Below, piece after piece: positions 56,701 through 64,000 of a stretch of 64,000 bases of DNA. The stretch comes from an uncultured virus (IMG/VR IMGVR_UViG_3300021091_000024). Lineage: Duplodnaviria > Heunggongvirae > Uroviricota > Caudoviricetes. The position numbers and the translations under genes are program-made. The stretch lies in the IMG/VR virus record IMGVR_UViG_3300021091_000024; one strand, written 5' to 3'. The notes beneath the pieces were generated by a model. It ran no database searches, was not told where the DNA came from, and saw only the letters and a program-made list of their open reading frames with translations. Within the stretch, counting starts at the first letter, position 1. Each line of letters opens with the position of its first letter.

Positions 56701-57258
56701 TTATCTGTCGCTATTTGGTGGAGACTCAATTGCTATTCCGGAATCATCAGTTGTTCCAGGGGGTGCTTCAACTGGAACCCAGGCACGAGCGTAAGCGTGC
56801 TCTTTAATATTTCTAGACTTCAGAAGAGAGTTGTTAATCATGAGCGCATATTCCTCCCTTTTCATGCACAAAACTCTCTCCAGACTTGCTGCATCTTCTG
56901 ATTTTGACATCACCAATTTTCTAATAATCTTTGACATTGGCTTGGCAACCAATGCTCCCCGTGAGCGATTGAAGCGTAGATGCATCAGCATGGCATCCAG
57001 CGAAGATACGTCGTGCTCTACCACTGGAATTTCGTCCCCAACCACATTTGAAATTCTGCTTACTTGTGTGGCCAGTAGGAATCTTTCTGAACCGTCAATT
57101 ATTTCTCCGGTGGATTTACGAACCTGTATTGGTTGAGTAAATCCATAATCCATTAGAGACGCAGACAGGGCCAGAAGGTCGGGCCGAAGAATATAGGTCG
57201 CCCTCCATTCTGGGACCACTAAATGGGAAGAATTTTTATAGATTATTTCAAGCTTCAT
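56701..57258 (-). CDS. ParB/Srx-like protein (IbrB-like)
   Basis: SLMDYGFTQPI.V....EIIDG.ER...RFNRSRG. Confidence 0.75.
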   Translation of the reverse strand: MKLEIIYKNSSHLVVPEWRATYILRPDLLALSASLMDYGFTQPIQVRKSTGEIIDGSERFLLATQVSRISNVVGDEIPVVEHDVSSLDAMLMHLRFNRSRGALVAKPMSKIIRKLVMSKSEDAASLERVLCMKREEYALMINNSLLKSRNIKEHAYARAWVPVEAPPGTTDDSGIAIESPPNSDR

Positions 57259-58387
57259 GAGTCGTATCTATTCCTGCTTCTGTGATTCTTATTGAATCGG
57301 CTTTTGTTTTGGGCCCCACTGGAGTTGGTGAGTTTACGTCAATATCATTGAGTGCTAAATTTCTAATAAGCCAACTAACGGGGTACCCATATGGGTCCTG
57401 CAAGTGTTTTTTTCTGAATCTTGAAACATATGCTTTTGCGTCTCTCTGGCGCCTTTCACCCATTAGATAGTCGTTGATGAACATGAGAGCCCCATCCCAT
57501 CCATATGAAGAATATCTTGCTATCAATTTCTCAATATCAAATTCCGGCCACCACCGGCGTTGAGCGTCTATCTGAGGGAAGCACTCAAACAACCGGTCAT
57601 AGAATTCCGGCTCTGTCGCAACAACATCCCCTATTCGTCTAATTGCTACGGAGTGAAGGGGAATGCCAACCCTGGTGTTGCTGCCGGTAAGTGCTGCAAG
57701 GTCGTAATACTCACAAAACTCTGCTCCGTGTTCCTCTGTTATAAATTTGAATACATCATTCGTGTTCCAGTCATAAATTATCTTTGCAAACTTCAAAGGG
57801 ATTCCCGCCTTGAGTTTGTATGGAGTAACTATGTAGTTCTCGTGAAGTTTCTGAACAATAGACCTATAGCGAACCATTGATTCACTAGCACGAACTCCAG
57901 TAATAAAAGCGACATTGCCCCTCTTCCCTTGCATGGTGTAGTAATCGGTTTGTTCGGGCAATGAGACATCATGAGTCAGACCGAAGTGCTCCCCAGTGAT
58001 TGCCCACGGTGGGATATCCCTCACCAAGCGACCAATCTTTTTTCTGGCGTTACTCCATAAAAGTGTTGTCACCCTAGAACCAAGAACCCATATTTCTGCC
58101 GGATACGGAAGGCAATACCATTCCATATCCACCCAGTCATATTGACGTACACGCTCTGTGTATTCAATAACGGTTGGACTTACCATCTCTTCATCTCTGA
58201 AAATAACTTTTACTGGCCCAAGACAACGCTCTTCATGAACTTCTTTGGCAAGGTAGAGAACCGCAGTGCTGTCCTTGCCTCCGGAAAATTGAATACAGAC
58301 GGTGTCGAAGGTGTCGTAAACGTGTCTAATTCTTTGTCTTGCAGCCTCGACGCATGACATGTCTAAAAACATTCTCTGCCTAGTCAT
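57248..58387 (-). CDS. PAPS-reductase-family PP-loop protein (IbrA-like)
   Basis: AARQRIR...FSGGKDS, FRDEE, GVRASES..R, IYDW...DVF. Confidence 0.85.
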   Translation of the reverse strand: MTRQRMFLDMSCVEAARQRIRHVYDTFDTVCIQFSGGKDSTAVLYLAKEVHEERCLGPVKVIFRDEEMVSPTVIEYTERVRQYDWVDMEWYCLPYPAEIWVLGSRVTTLLWSNARKKIGRLVRDIPPWAITGEHFGLTHDVSLPEQTDYYTMQGKRGNVAFITGVRASESMVRYRSIVQKLHENYIVTPYKLKAGIPLKFAKIIYDWNTNDVFKFITEEHGAEFCEYYDLAALTGSNTRVGIPLHSVAIRRIGDVVATEPEFYDRLFECFPQIDAQRRWWPEFDIEKLIARYSSYGWDGALMFINDYLMGERRQRDAKAYVSRFRKKHLQDPYGYPVSWLIRNLALNDIDVNSPTPVGPKTKADSIRITEAGIDTTHEA

Positions 58388-58557
58388 CAGTATTGCGCAA
58401 TCTGTGAGAGTCTTTGAACCTCCGCCCTAAGCGAATCTATTTCAATAACAAGCCTGTCTCTTTCCCGTACGACCGCATCGTGATAATTGCTACATACGAT
58501 AATTTTTTCCGGTTCGCAAAAGGCTAAACCACACAAACATTTATTCTGTTCGCTCAT
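58387..58557 (-). CDS. 56-aa Cys/coiled-coil protein (not in ORF track)
   Basis: MSEQNKCLCGLAFC...RLSQIAQY fills the gap exactly. Confidence 0.55.
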   Translation of the reverse strand: MSEQNKCLCGLAFCEPEKIIVCSNYHDAVVRERDRLVIEIDSLRAEVQRLSQIAQY

Positions 58558-59358
58558 TTAGATTTCCGTATGCTGAGAGATGAAATCCAATAGTCGCTCT
58601 GCGGTAGTAGTCCCAACCACGACTGAATCGTTTCTTAGCCATCTAATGAACTCGTACCACTTCGCCTGCTGGTCAGGACTATCAAAAACTATCGTGTACT
58701 GAACAACCGCCTGAGGCCTTTCCCCTTGAGCGGAAACAGTCGAACCCCTAACAGCAACATCTGATTGATTGGCAGAAGGTGGTGCAATAATTCTGTTTTC
58801 TCCATTGGAATCTCTAGAGACCGTAAAAGATGGTTCCTGAACGTCGTCGTCTCCATCGGGTTCGATTCCTGGTTGAGAAACTAAAAAGGGGGGCACGTAT
58901 TGGCCGGTTGCCGACAGCTCGCTACTGTTTCTTTCCATTTCCTGCTCATACTCAGCCATCTCAAACTCATCCCACCCAAGGCTCTCCATCAGCTCTGGGT
59001 AGTAGTCACTAACTTCTATGACTAATTCAAAAACTGCCTCACTGTCTGAATAACCCAATTCAACAGTTCTATTATCCGCGAGAGCGAAAGCTATTGCTCG
59101 GGAGTCGTCGCCCTCCAAGTAAACGACGGCAATTTTGTCCCATCCGAGCTCCTTTGCTGCTTCTATCTGGTGATTACCAGCGATAACAGTGGCTGTTCCG
59201 TCGTCGTTCTTTTTTGCAACGATTGGTTTTACTTGGCCAAACTCAGCATACGAAGCGACTATTGCCGGGATGTCCCCGATACGAGGGTTCTTCGGCAACG
59301 GTACAAGTGTGTCTATGTCCACCGCCATGGAACGTAGGGATGGGTGTATTCCGTCCAT
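58558..59358 (-). CDS. ParB/Srx N-terminal domain protein
   Basis: NPR.GD...I..S..EFGQ.KPIV...VIAGNH...AA..LGW...ALADNRT. Confidence 0.85.
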   Translation of the reverse strand: MDGIHPSLRSMAVDIDTLVPLPKNPRIGDIPAIVASYAEFGQVKPIVAKKNDDGTATVIAGNHQIEAAKELGWDKIAVVYLEGDDSRAIAFALADNRTVELGYSDSEAVFELVIEVSDYYPELMESLGWDEFEMAEYEQEMERNSSELSATGQYVPPFLVSQPGIEPDGDDDVQEPSFTVSRDSNGENRIIAPPSANQSDVAVRGSTVSAQGERPQAVVQYTIVFDSPDQQAKWYEFIRWLRNDSVVVGTTTAERLLDFISQHTEI

Positions 59359-59657
59359 TATTTATTTTCCCGACCAATAACTTCTCTGCACAAATCCTCA
59401 ACCAGCTCATGAGTAAGGATTATGCTCCACGATGAGTATGGTTGTCTGCCGTTTTCGGCAATCCATAGCCTTCTTTGGTCGCTGACGACAAGAAAATGCT
59501 CGATTGTTCTTGGTGAGGTTGACCATGGACATGGAGGGAGTTCCTCCTGATTAGTGTCAGGACTAAATACAGAATATTTTGTTGTGGTCGCAGTGGACGT
59601 TGAGGTTGAGTATTGAATCGGCGAATGCCTAATTTGTTTTCTTCTCCAGGGCCTCAT
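59358..59657 (-). CDS. hypothetical protein
   Basis: coupled ORF. Confidence 0.5.
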   Translation of the reverse strand: MRPWRRKQIRHSPIQYSTSTSTATTTKYSVFSPDTNQEELPPCPWSTSPRTIEHFLVVSDQRRLWIAENGRQPYSSWSIILTHELVEDLCREVIGRENK

Positions 59658-60001
59658 GATGTCTGAACCCTAACATTCGCATTGAGAGTTCTCAGCGCAT
59701 CGATTGATGTTCGTAGTGAAAGTAGCTTTTCCCTCTTGGACTTAACGAGGGCTTCGGCAATCTTGTGGTCGTAAGCAGCGTCATCCATTTTGTAGTCAGC
59801 CCAAGCTTCTCGCTCCTTTATGGAGCCTTTGGCCGATAGGTATTCTTTGGCCCAGTTTGCTTTATATAGGGCTTCCTTCTTTGCGGATTCTGTTGCCAGC
59901 ACCTCAAAGGATTCTGTTTCTTCTTCGAGAATTTCCATGAGCCTCATAAGCTCGCCTTCAATCTCGACCTGAGAAATAGGAGATGTCCTCGTGTTCCTCA
60001 A
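59654..60001 (-). CDS. coiled-coil hypothetical protein
   Basis: 115-aa helical ORF. Confidence 0.7.
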   Translation of the reverse strand: MRNTRTSPISQVEIEGELMRLMEILEEETESFEVLATESAKKEALYKANWAKEYLSAKGSIKEREAWADYKMDDAAYDHKIAEALVKSKREKLLSLRTSIDALRTLNANVRVQTS

Positions 60002-60531
60002 TGGTTTTCCTTTCTAATAAATTCATTCAGAGAAGACCAGTCAACCCTGTCAAGTGCAGACATGTTGTTTGAGGGCCAATCATATTTTGATTTTCCGACC
60101 TTCGCAAGACCCATCTCTTCGAGAACCCACGCATCACACATGTCATCAGCGCCAGAACCAGACCAAACGATTCCAGTTTTTGCGGATATTGACGAGATAA
60201 CTTCCCCCTTCCCCGCATTGCCTCTTCCGGTCGCAAACTTGGCCCTGCAGGTGGGGGGAATTTCCACAAATCCTATGCCAGACTCCCAAAGCTTCATTCT
60301 TACGCATCCGCCCAATTCGCCAATGCTATGAGCCTGGCTATTTCTGGAGGCAAAAGAATATCCTTCAATTAATACAAAACAGCTTTTTATGTTTATGCAG
60401 TAATTTAAAATTTGAGTAGAAATATGAAAAAGTCTTTCAGTTCCCCTCGATTTAGTGCTAATTATTGACGGGGAGCCAAGGCTGCATATCCCGGTGGAGG
60501 TCAAAGAAAGGTCTACTCCGACAAAATTCAC
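59998..60531 (-). CDS. RuvC-like Holliday junction resolvase
   Basis: VGVDLSLTSTG, IEG, ELGG, KFATG.GNA.K, D..DA. Confidence 0.85.
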   Translation of the reverse strand: MNFVGVDLSLTSTGICSLGSPSIISTKSRGTERLFHISTQILNYCINIKSCFVLIEGYSFASRNSQAHSIGELGGCVRMKLWESGIGFVEIPPTCRAKFATGRGNAGKGEVISSISAKTGIVWSGSGADDMCDAWVLEEMGLAKVGKSKYDWPSNNMSALDRVDWSSLNEFIRKENH

Positions 60532-60548
60532 GAATGAACCCTACTACA

Positions 60549-60591
60549 TGAACGAGCCCGCACCGATTAATGACTGGTGCGGGCCCGTTCA
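60549..60591. other. 16-bp stem hairpin
   Basis: TGAACGAGCCCGCACC ... GGTGCGGGCCCGTTCA. Confidence 0.7.
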
Positions 60592-60656
60592 CCTATAGCG
60601 GCCCTAAGGTATAAAAAGCACGCAAATAATATTAAAGCATAAAAATAATCACTTGA

Positions 60657-60699
60657 TAAAAGCAAACGACCGCCAGTCCTGCAGAGACTGAACGGTCGT
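60657..60699 (-). terminator. putative intrinsic terminator
   Basis: ACGACCG..CAGTC/GACTG..CGGTCGT stem followed by TTTGCTTTT on the minus strand. Confidence 0.55.
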
Positions 60700-60887
60700 A
60701 GGCAGCGAACGAGCTCGGGGTCTCAGGTGGCCGCCGCCTCCTTTGCCGTGGTAACTCCACTAGACACTTGGACCACTCTCCCTTCTTTGCCGATTTATGC
60801 GGAATTCAGGTACCTGTTAGTAGATAATACCGCGACTAGGATTGGCTCGCCTATTAATAATTGGGCGAATTTTCAAAACCTATTAAA

Positions 60888-61244
60888 TTAATTTTCCCAA
60901 TTGTGCAAAGATAGGCCTAGTTCAAAGGCCAAACCCGGGTTCTCTCCGATTCTCCTGTGGCAGGGGCGACAGACACAAATGAGGTTTGACTCCTCCGTTA
61001 TCGAACCGCCCTGAGAGCGACGCACAAGTTCGTGAACGTCTACCGATTGCCTTCTTGCGTAGGCGACCAGACCATCATGCTTCGCGAATATCGGGCACGC
61101 TTCACAATACGGTCTTTCGGACAGAAGTTTTTTTACAAGAGGTATTCTCTCGTTCTTGTACTTGCTCGCCATTTTAGATGAGCGTCTTTTCAAGGGAGAC
61201 CGCTTCATCGGTTTTGTCGAACGCCTTAGAGGCTTTCTTTTCAT
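60888..61244 (-). CDS. HNH endonuclease-like protein
   Basis: CEAC...DVHE...RSQGG...NL..VCRPCH. Confidence 0.8.
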   Translation of the reverse strand: MKRKPLRRSTKPMKRSPLKRRSSKMASKYKNERIPLVKKLLSERPYCEACPIFAKHDGLVAYARRQSVDVHELVRRSQGGSITEESNLICVCRPCHRRIGENPGLAFELGLSLHNWEN

Positions 61245-61753
61245 TAAATGGTGGAAGCGTCTATCGAGTCGAAAAGCCACTTATTTTCAAGGGTGGCCCA
61301 TAACGCCCTGTCGATTGCTGTGTCCTCGAGGTCGTACTCACGAAGCATCGCCCTATGCTTAATGATTGCTCGACGTAGTGTGTCTGCTTCGCTTGGTGCG
61401 GAAGGCGATTCCATTCGCGTTCCCGTATCAATCATTTTTACAACTTGGTCAAGCTTTTTATCCACATAGAACTTAAAGCGCGAAATCTTCTTTTTTCTTT
61501 CGGCATAAACCCTGGATGCTTCAGCCATAAGGACCTTGCCTTCCCTGCCGAGGTCTTCAAATCTTTGTTTGTCGGCCTCTTCATCCAAGTCGATGTCTTC
61601 AATTTGCTCTCCGAGGTTTTCTAGGAGAGACAGAAGTGCTTCCTTCCACCTCAACCAATTCTCCTTTTCCAGGAGAAACTCTCGCTGCTCTCGTGAAATT
61701 TGGTTTTTCACGTCGTCAGCGACCATTTTTGCAAATCTGTAATCGTCAATCAT
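61244..61753 (-). CDS. hypothetical helical protein
   Basis: ORF in the operon. Confidence 0.7.
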   Translation of the reverse strand: MIDDYRFAKMVADDVKNQISREQREFLLEKENWLRWKEALLSLLENLGEQIEDIDLDEEADKQRFEDLGREGKVLMAEASRVYAERKKKISRFKFYVDKKLDQVVKMIDTGTRMESPSAPSEADTLRRAIIKHRAMLREYDLEDTAIDRALWATLENKWLFDSIDASTI

Positions 61754-61761
61754 CTTTTCTC

Positions 61762-62535
61762 TCAATTCCACGCTGGACAAATGCTTTTGTAACTACACCA
61801 GTTGCACAAAATGGATGTAACTGGCTCAAAGTTTCCCGAAGAACATCTGCTATCAATATCTGATTTCGCTTCTTGCACAATCTCAATCGTATTAATTTTA
61901 TCGTCCTCTTCCACTTTTCTTGCTATTTTGACTCCATCTTTTAGGTAGAGAAGTTCAAGTTCTTCGACACCGCCTGCGCCCATTCCCTCAAGAAGGCTTG
62001 CATAAATATACAGTTGGAAAAACTTTTCGTCCAAGTACTGAGGTTTTGGTGTTTTGCCGGTCTTATAGTCGCTAACGATTATCTGACCAGTTTTCTCGGA
62101 CGTAGAATATCTATCTATAAAGCCCTTTATCACTACACCACCAATCAAACCATAAACTTCAAACTCAAGACCGTCTGGTTCAATTTTTTGTGGGTTCTCT
62201 ATCTTCCATAGATTCTCTATGCACCACCATGCCTGCCATCTGAACATTTTTAGTTGTTCGGCATTGTGAATATAGGGAGAGACTTGCTGTTTCCACGACA
62301 AATCCCACATGTTTTTCGCAATGGTTTTTGCCACCCCTAGAGTTCTATCCTCCGGAGGAAGGCCGTAAAGATTTTCCAGAGCGTCGTGAACAAAGTTTCC
62401 CAACATCGCGGCCTCGCCGGGCTCTTCGGGAATTTGGTCAATCTTGCTGAACTTAAATTTAAGTGGGCATTGCCGAAATGTGCCTATAGAGGAAGCAGAA
62501 AGGTGTGGTGGTGGTGTTAGTGCAGAATCACTCAT
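61762..62535 (-). CDS. RecB/Cas4-like PD-(D/E)XK exonuclease
   Basis: LSASS...CP, GFIDR, DYKTGK, QL.IY, C.WC....CP. Confidence 0.88.
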   Translation of the reverse strand: MSDSALTPPPHLSASSIGTFRQCPLKFKFSKIDQIPEEPGEAAMLGNFVHDALENLYGLPPEDRTLGVAKTIAKNMWDLSWKQQVSPYIHNAEQLKMFRWQAWWCIENLWKIENPQKIEPDGLEFEVYGLIGGVVIKGFIDRYSTSEKTGQIIVSDYKTGKTPKPQYLDEKFFQLYIYASLLEGMGAGGVEELELLYLKDGVKIARKVEEDDKINTIEIVQEAKSDIDSRCSSGNFEPVTSILCNWCSYKSICPAWN

Positions 62536-63205
62536 CTGATGCGCTCGGGGAATCGAATTTGATTTTGATGATTTCAGCAATCAACTCATCGAGTTCCTCA
62601 TGCGTGGCGCTGGTCTTTGTCGGCTTTGGTTTGCCACCACTGAAGCTTTCCCAGTGGGCATTCAGCTTGTTTTTCTGTTCGGAATCTAGGCTCTTTGCAA
62701 GTCCCATGAAGTTTTCCCACTTCTGGATTCTCTCGCCTTCTTCTTGCGATACAGGAGAAGTTGAGGCAGCGATTACCTCCTCGACCTCCATCGCATCTTC
62801 GGAACGGGCTAGATAGAGGCCAACACCCATGGTCTGAGCGGCCTTCTTGAGGGCATCAGAAACAGCGCCCTTCATCTCGTCGCCAAGGTCAACGATGTCG
62901 CCCTGCCTGGTTCGCTTTATCTTCTGACCGCCGTAGCCGTCGCGGTGAACTGCACTTACCGAACCTGACGTATTCGCATGCCAGGTCAATCTGACATGGG
63001 CAACGATGTAGTCGGGGTCAATGGAATCACGTTGACAAGAAACAATTTCGAAAGACCATTGGTCAACGCCGAGAACTTTATTAAGTCTCGCAATCACTTC
63101 ACTAACAGGAATATATGTAAGTGAAGCACCCCCCTTTTTCAATATGCGCTCCATTTCTGGGGGGAATGGCTCAGAGAGCATTTGCATGATGTTTGCGCTT
63201 GTCAT
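62528..63205 (-). CDS. Rad52/Rad22-family single-strand annealing protein
   Basis: LTYI....VI.RLN.VLG...WS, K.AVSDALKKAA...GVGLYL. Confidence 0.85.
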   Translation of the reverse strand: MTSANIMQMLSEPFPPEMERILKKGGASLTYIPVSEVIARLNKVLGVDQWSFEIVSCQRDSIDPDYIVAHVRLTWHANTSGSVSAVHRDGYGGQKIKRTRQGDIVDLGDEMKGAVSDALKKAAQTMGVGLYLARSEDAMEVEEVIAASTSPVSQEEGERIQKWENFMGLAKSLDSEQKNKLNAHWESFSGGKPKPTKTSATHEELDELIAEIIKIKFDSPSASDE

Positions 63206-63699
63206 TGGTTATCTCCTTTTCTGACGATGATGCTTGTTTTAAGCTGCCCCGTCTCGCAGTACATATCGGGATTGATTCCAATATTGTTGAGTTCTTTGAC
63301 CCGCCAGTAGGAGGGTGCACAGTATGTAAAAATTTGCATTGCAATGTCTTCGGGGGAATTTAGAATTTCCCCCGTATCCATGTCAACCGACATTTGGGAA
63401 AGCCTGTCAACAACGGCACGAGCAAGGTCTTTGTGTTGCCATGCCTTACGCTCGTACGAACTCTTCTTCTCAATGAGGGCGTTACCATCAAGTGTGACTA
63501 CAGACTCCCCGGCCATCATCTCTCCAAACTTTGCCGAAAATGAGTCGTAGATAATGGAGAGGTCTCTCTTAATGAGGTTAAGAGCAAGCAGGGTATTCCC
63601 CACTTCGACAACATCTCCGGACGACTCCAGCAGTTTGGTGAGGTCGGAATCTAGGGATAAAATAAGTTCCTTGATTTCGTCAATCTTTTCCATAGACAA
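63202..63699 (-). CDS. hypothetical protein
   Basis: 165-aa ORF coupled to the annealing gene. Confidence 0.7.
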   Translation of the reverse strand: MSMEKIDEIKELILSLDSDLTKLLESSGDVVEVGNTLLALNLIKRDLSIIYDSFSAKFGEMMAGESVVTLDGNALIEKKSSYERKAWQHKDLARAVVDRLSQMSVDMDTGEILNSPEDIAMQIFTYCAPSYWRVKELNNIGINPDMYCETGQLKTSIIVRKGDNQ

Positions 63700-63757
63700 C
63701 GTTTAGTAGCGCTTTCTTGTAGGTAGGTGGGTAGGTATTGCCGGCGATAATTCCGAC

Positions 63758-64000
63758 CTAGAGGACTATAGCAATCCTTCTTTTAGATGGCAACCCCAAT
63801 TCGGCAAGATGTGTAAAAGCCCCCACGGCGGAGTCAACCTGGTCATCATGGTCACAGGCCTCCGGGAAAGAGGAAAGCTCGTCCATCCAGGCGGTAAGCC
63901 ACGGCCCCCTGATAATTCTCACGTTCCCATTGGCGACGGCTGCGGCAAATGGCCTAGCCCTGGTTACCTTGTCCCCAGTGGCCCTAGCCCCCATAAAGTC
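63758..64000 (-). CDS. terminase large subunit, C-terminal nuclease end (partial)
   Basis: GDKVTRA.P.....GNV......W....DEL..FP...HDDQVDS. Confidence 0.85.
   Translation of the reverse strand, partial: DFMGARATGDKVTRARPFAAAVANGNVRIIRGPWLTAWMDELSSFPEACDHDDQVDSAVGAFTHLAELGLPSKRRIAIVL

Noticed and set aside
60700..60850. c-di-GMP-I riboswitch or tmRNA
   Set aside because: GGCAAA motifs and an Ala-rich short ORF are present, but I could not find the GNRA/receptor stems or tRNA-like ends.

Overview
Tailed-phage (Caudoviricetes) DNA, probably from a freshwater actinobacterial host. The host is an inference from leaderless genes, ThyX, NrdJ and a proteasome-beta-like gene. No integrase, CRISPR array or reverse transcriptase was seen. 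Layout: (i) 1-~940, a GC-rich pair of small genes with a duplicated promoter/leader. (ii) ~1-19.7 kb, an AT-rich block with 4 tRNAs (Asn-GTT, Ser-TGA, an atypical Ile-TAT, Thr-TGT), SpeD-like, SNase, DUF1599/Nmad1, Ntn-protease, ThyX, glycosyltransferase, class II RNR, portal, protease/scaffold and major capsid genes. (iii) 18.4-30.1 kb, an array of paralogous tail-fibre/receptor-binding cassettes with near-identical junction repeats and collapsed gene remnants. (iv) 30.3-37.7 kb, a candidate protein-tailoring locus: 2OG-Fe(II) oxygenase, flavin-dependent halogenase-family enzyme, three paralogous small proteins and a Cys-cluster protein converging on a Gly/His-rich tail protein. (v) 37.7-64 kb, a minus-strand contractile-tail operon, then a PAPS-reductase/ParB pair plus a second ParB gene, RuvC, HNH, RecB-like and Rad52-like genes and the end of the terminase. 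The head and tail halves differ visibly in composition, so a mosaic genome or chimeric contig is possible. All family calls come from motifs recognised by eye, not from database searches.
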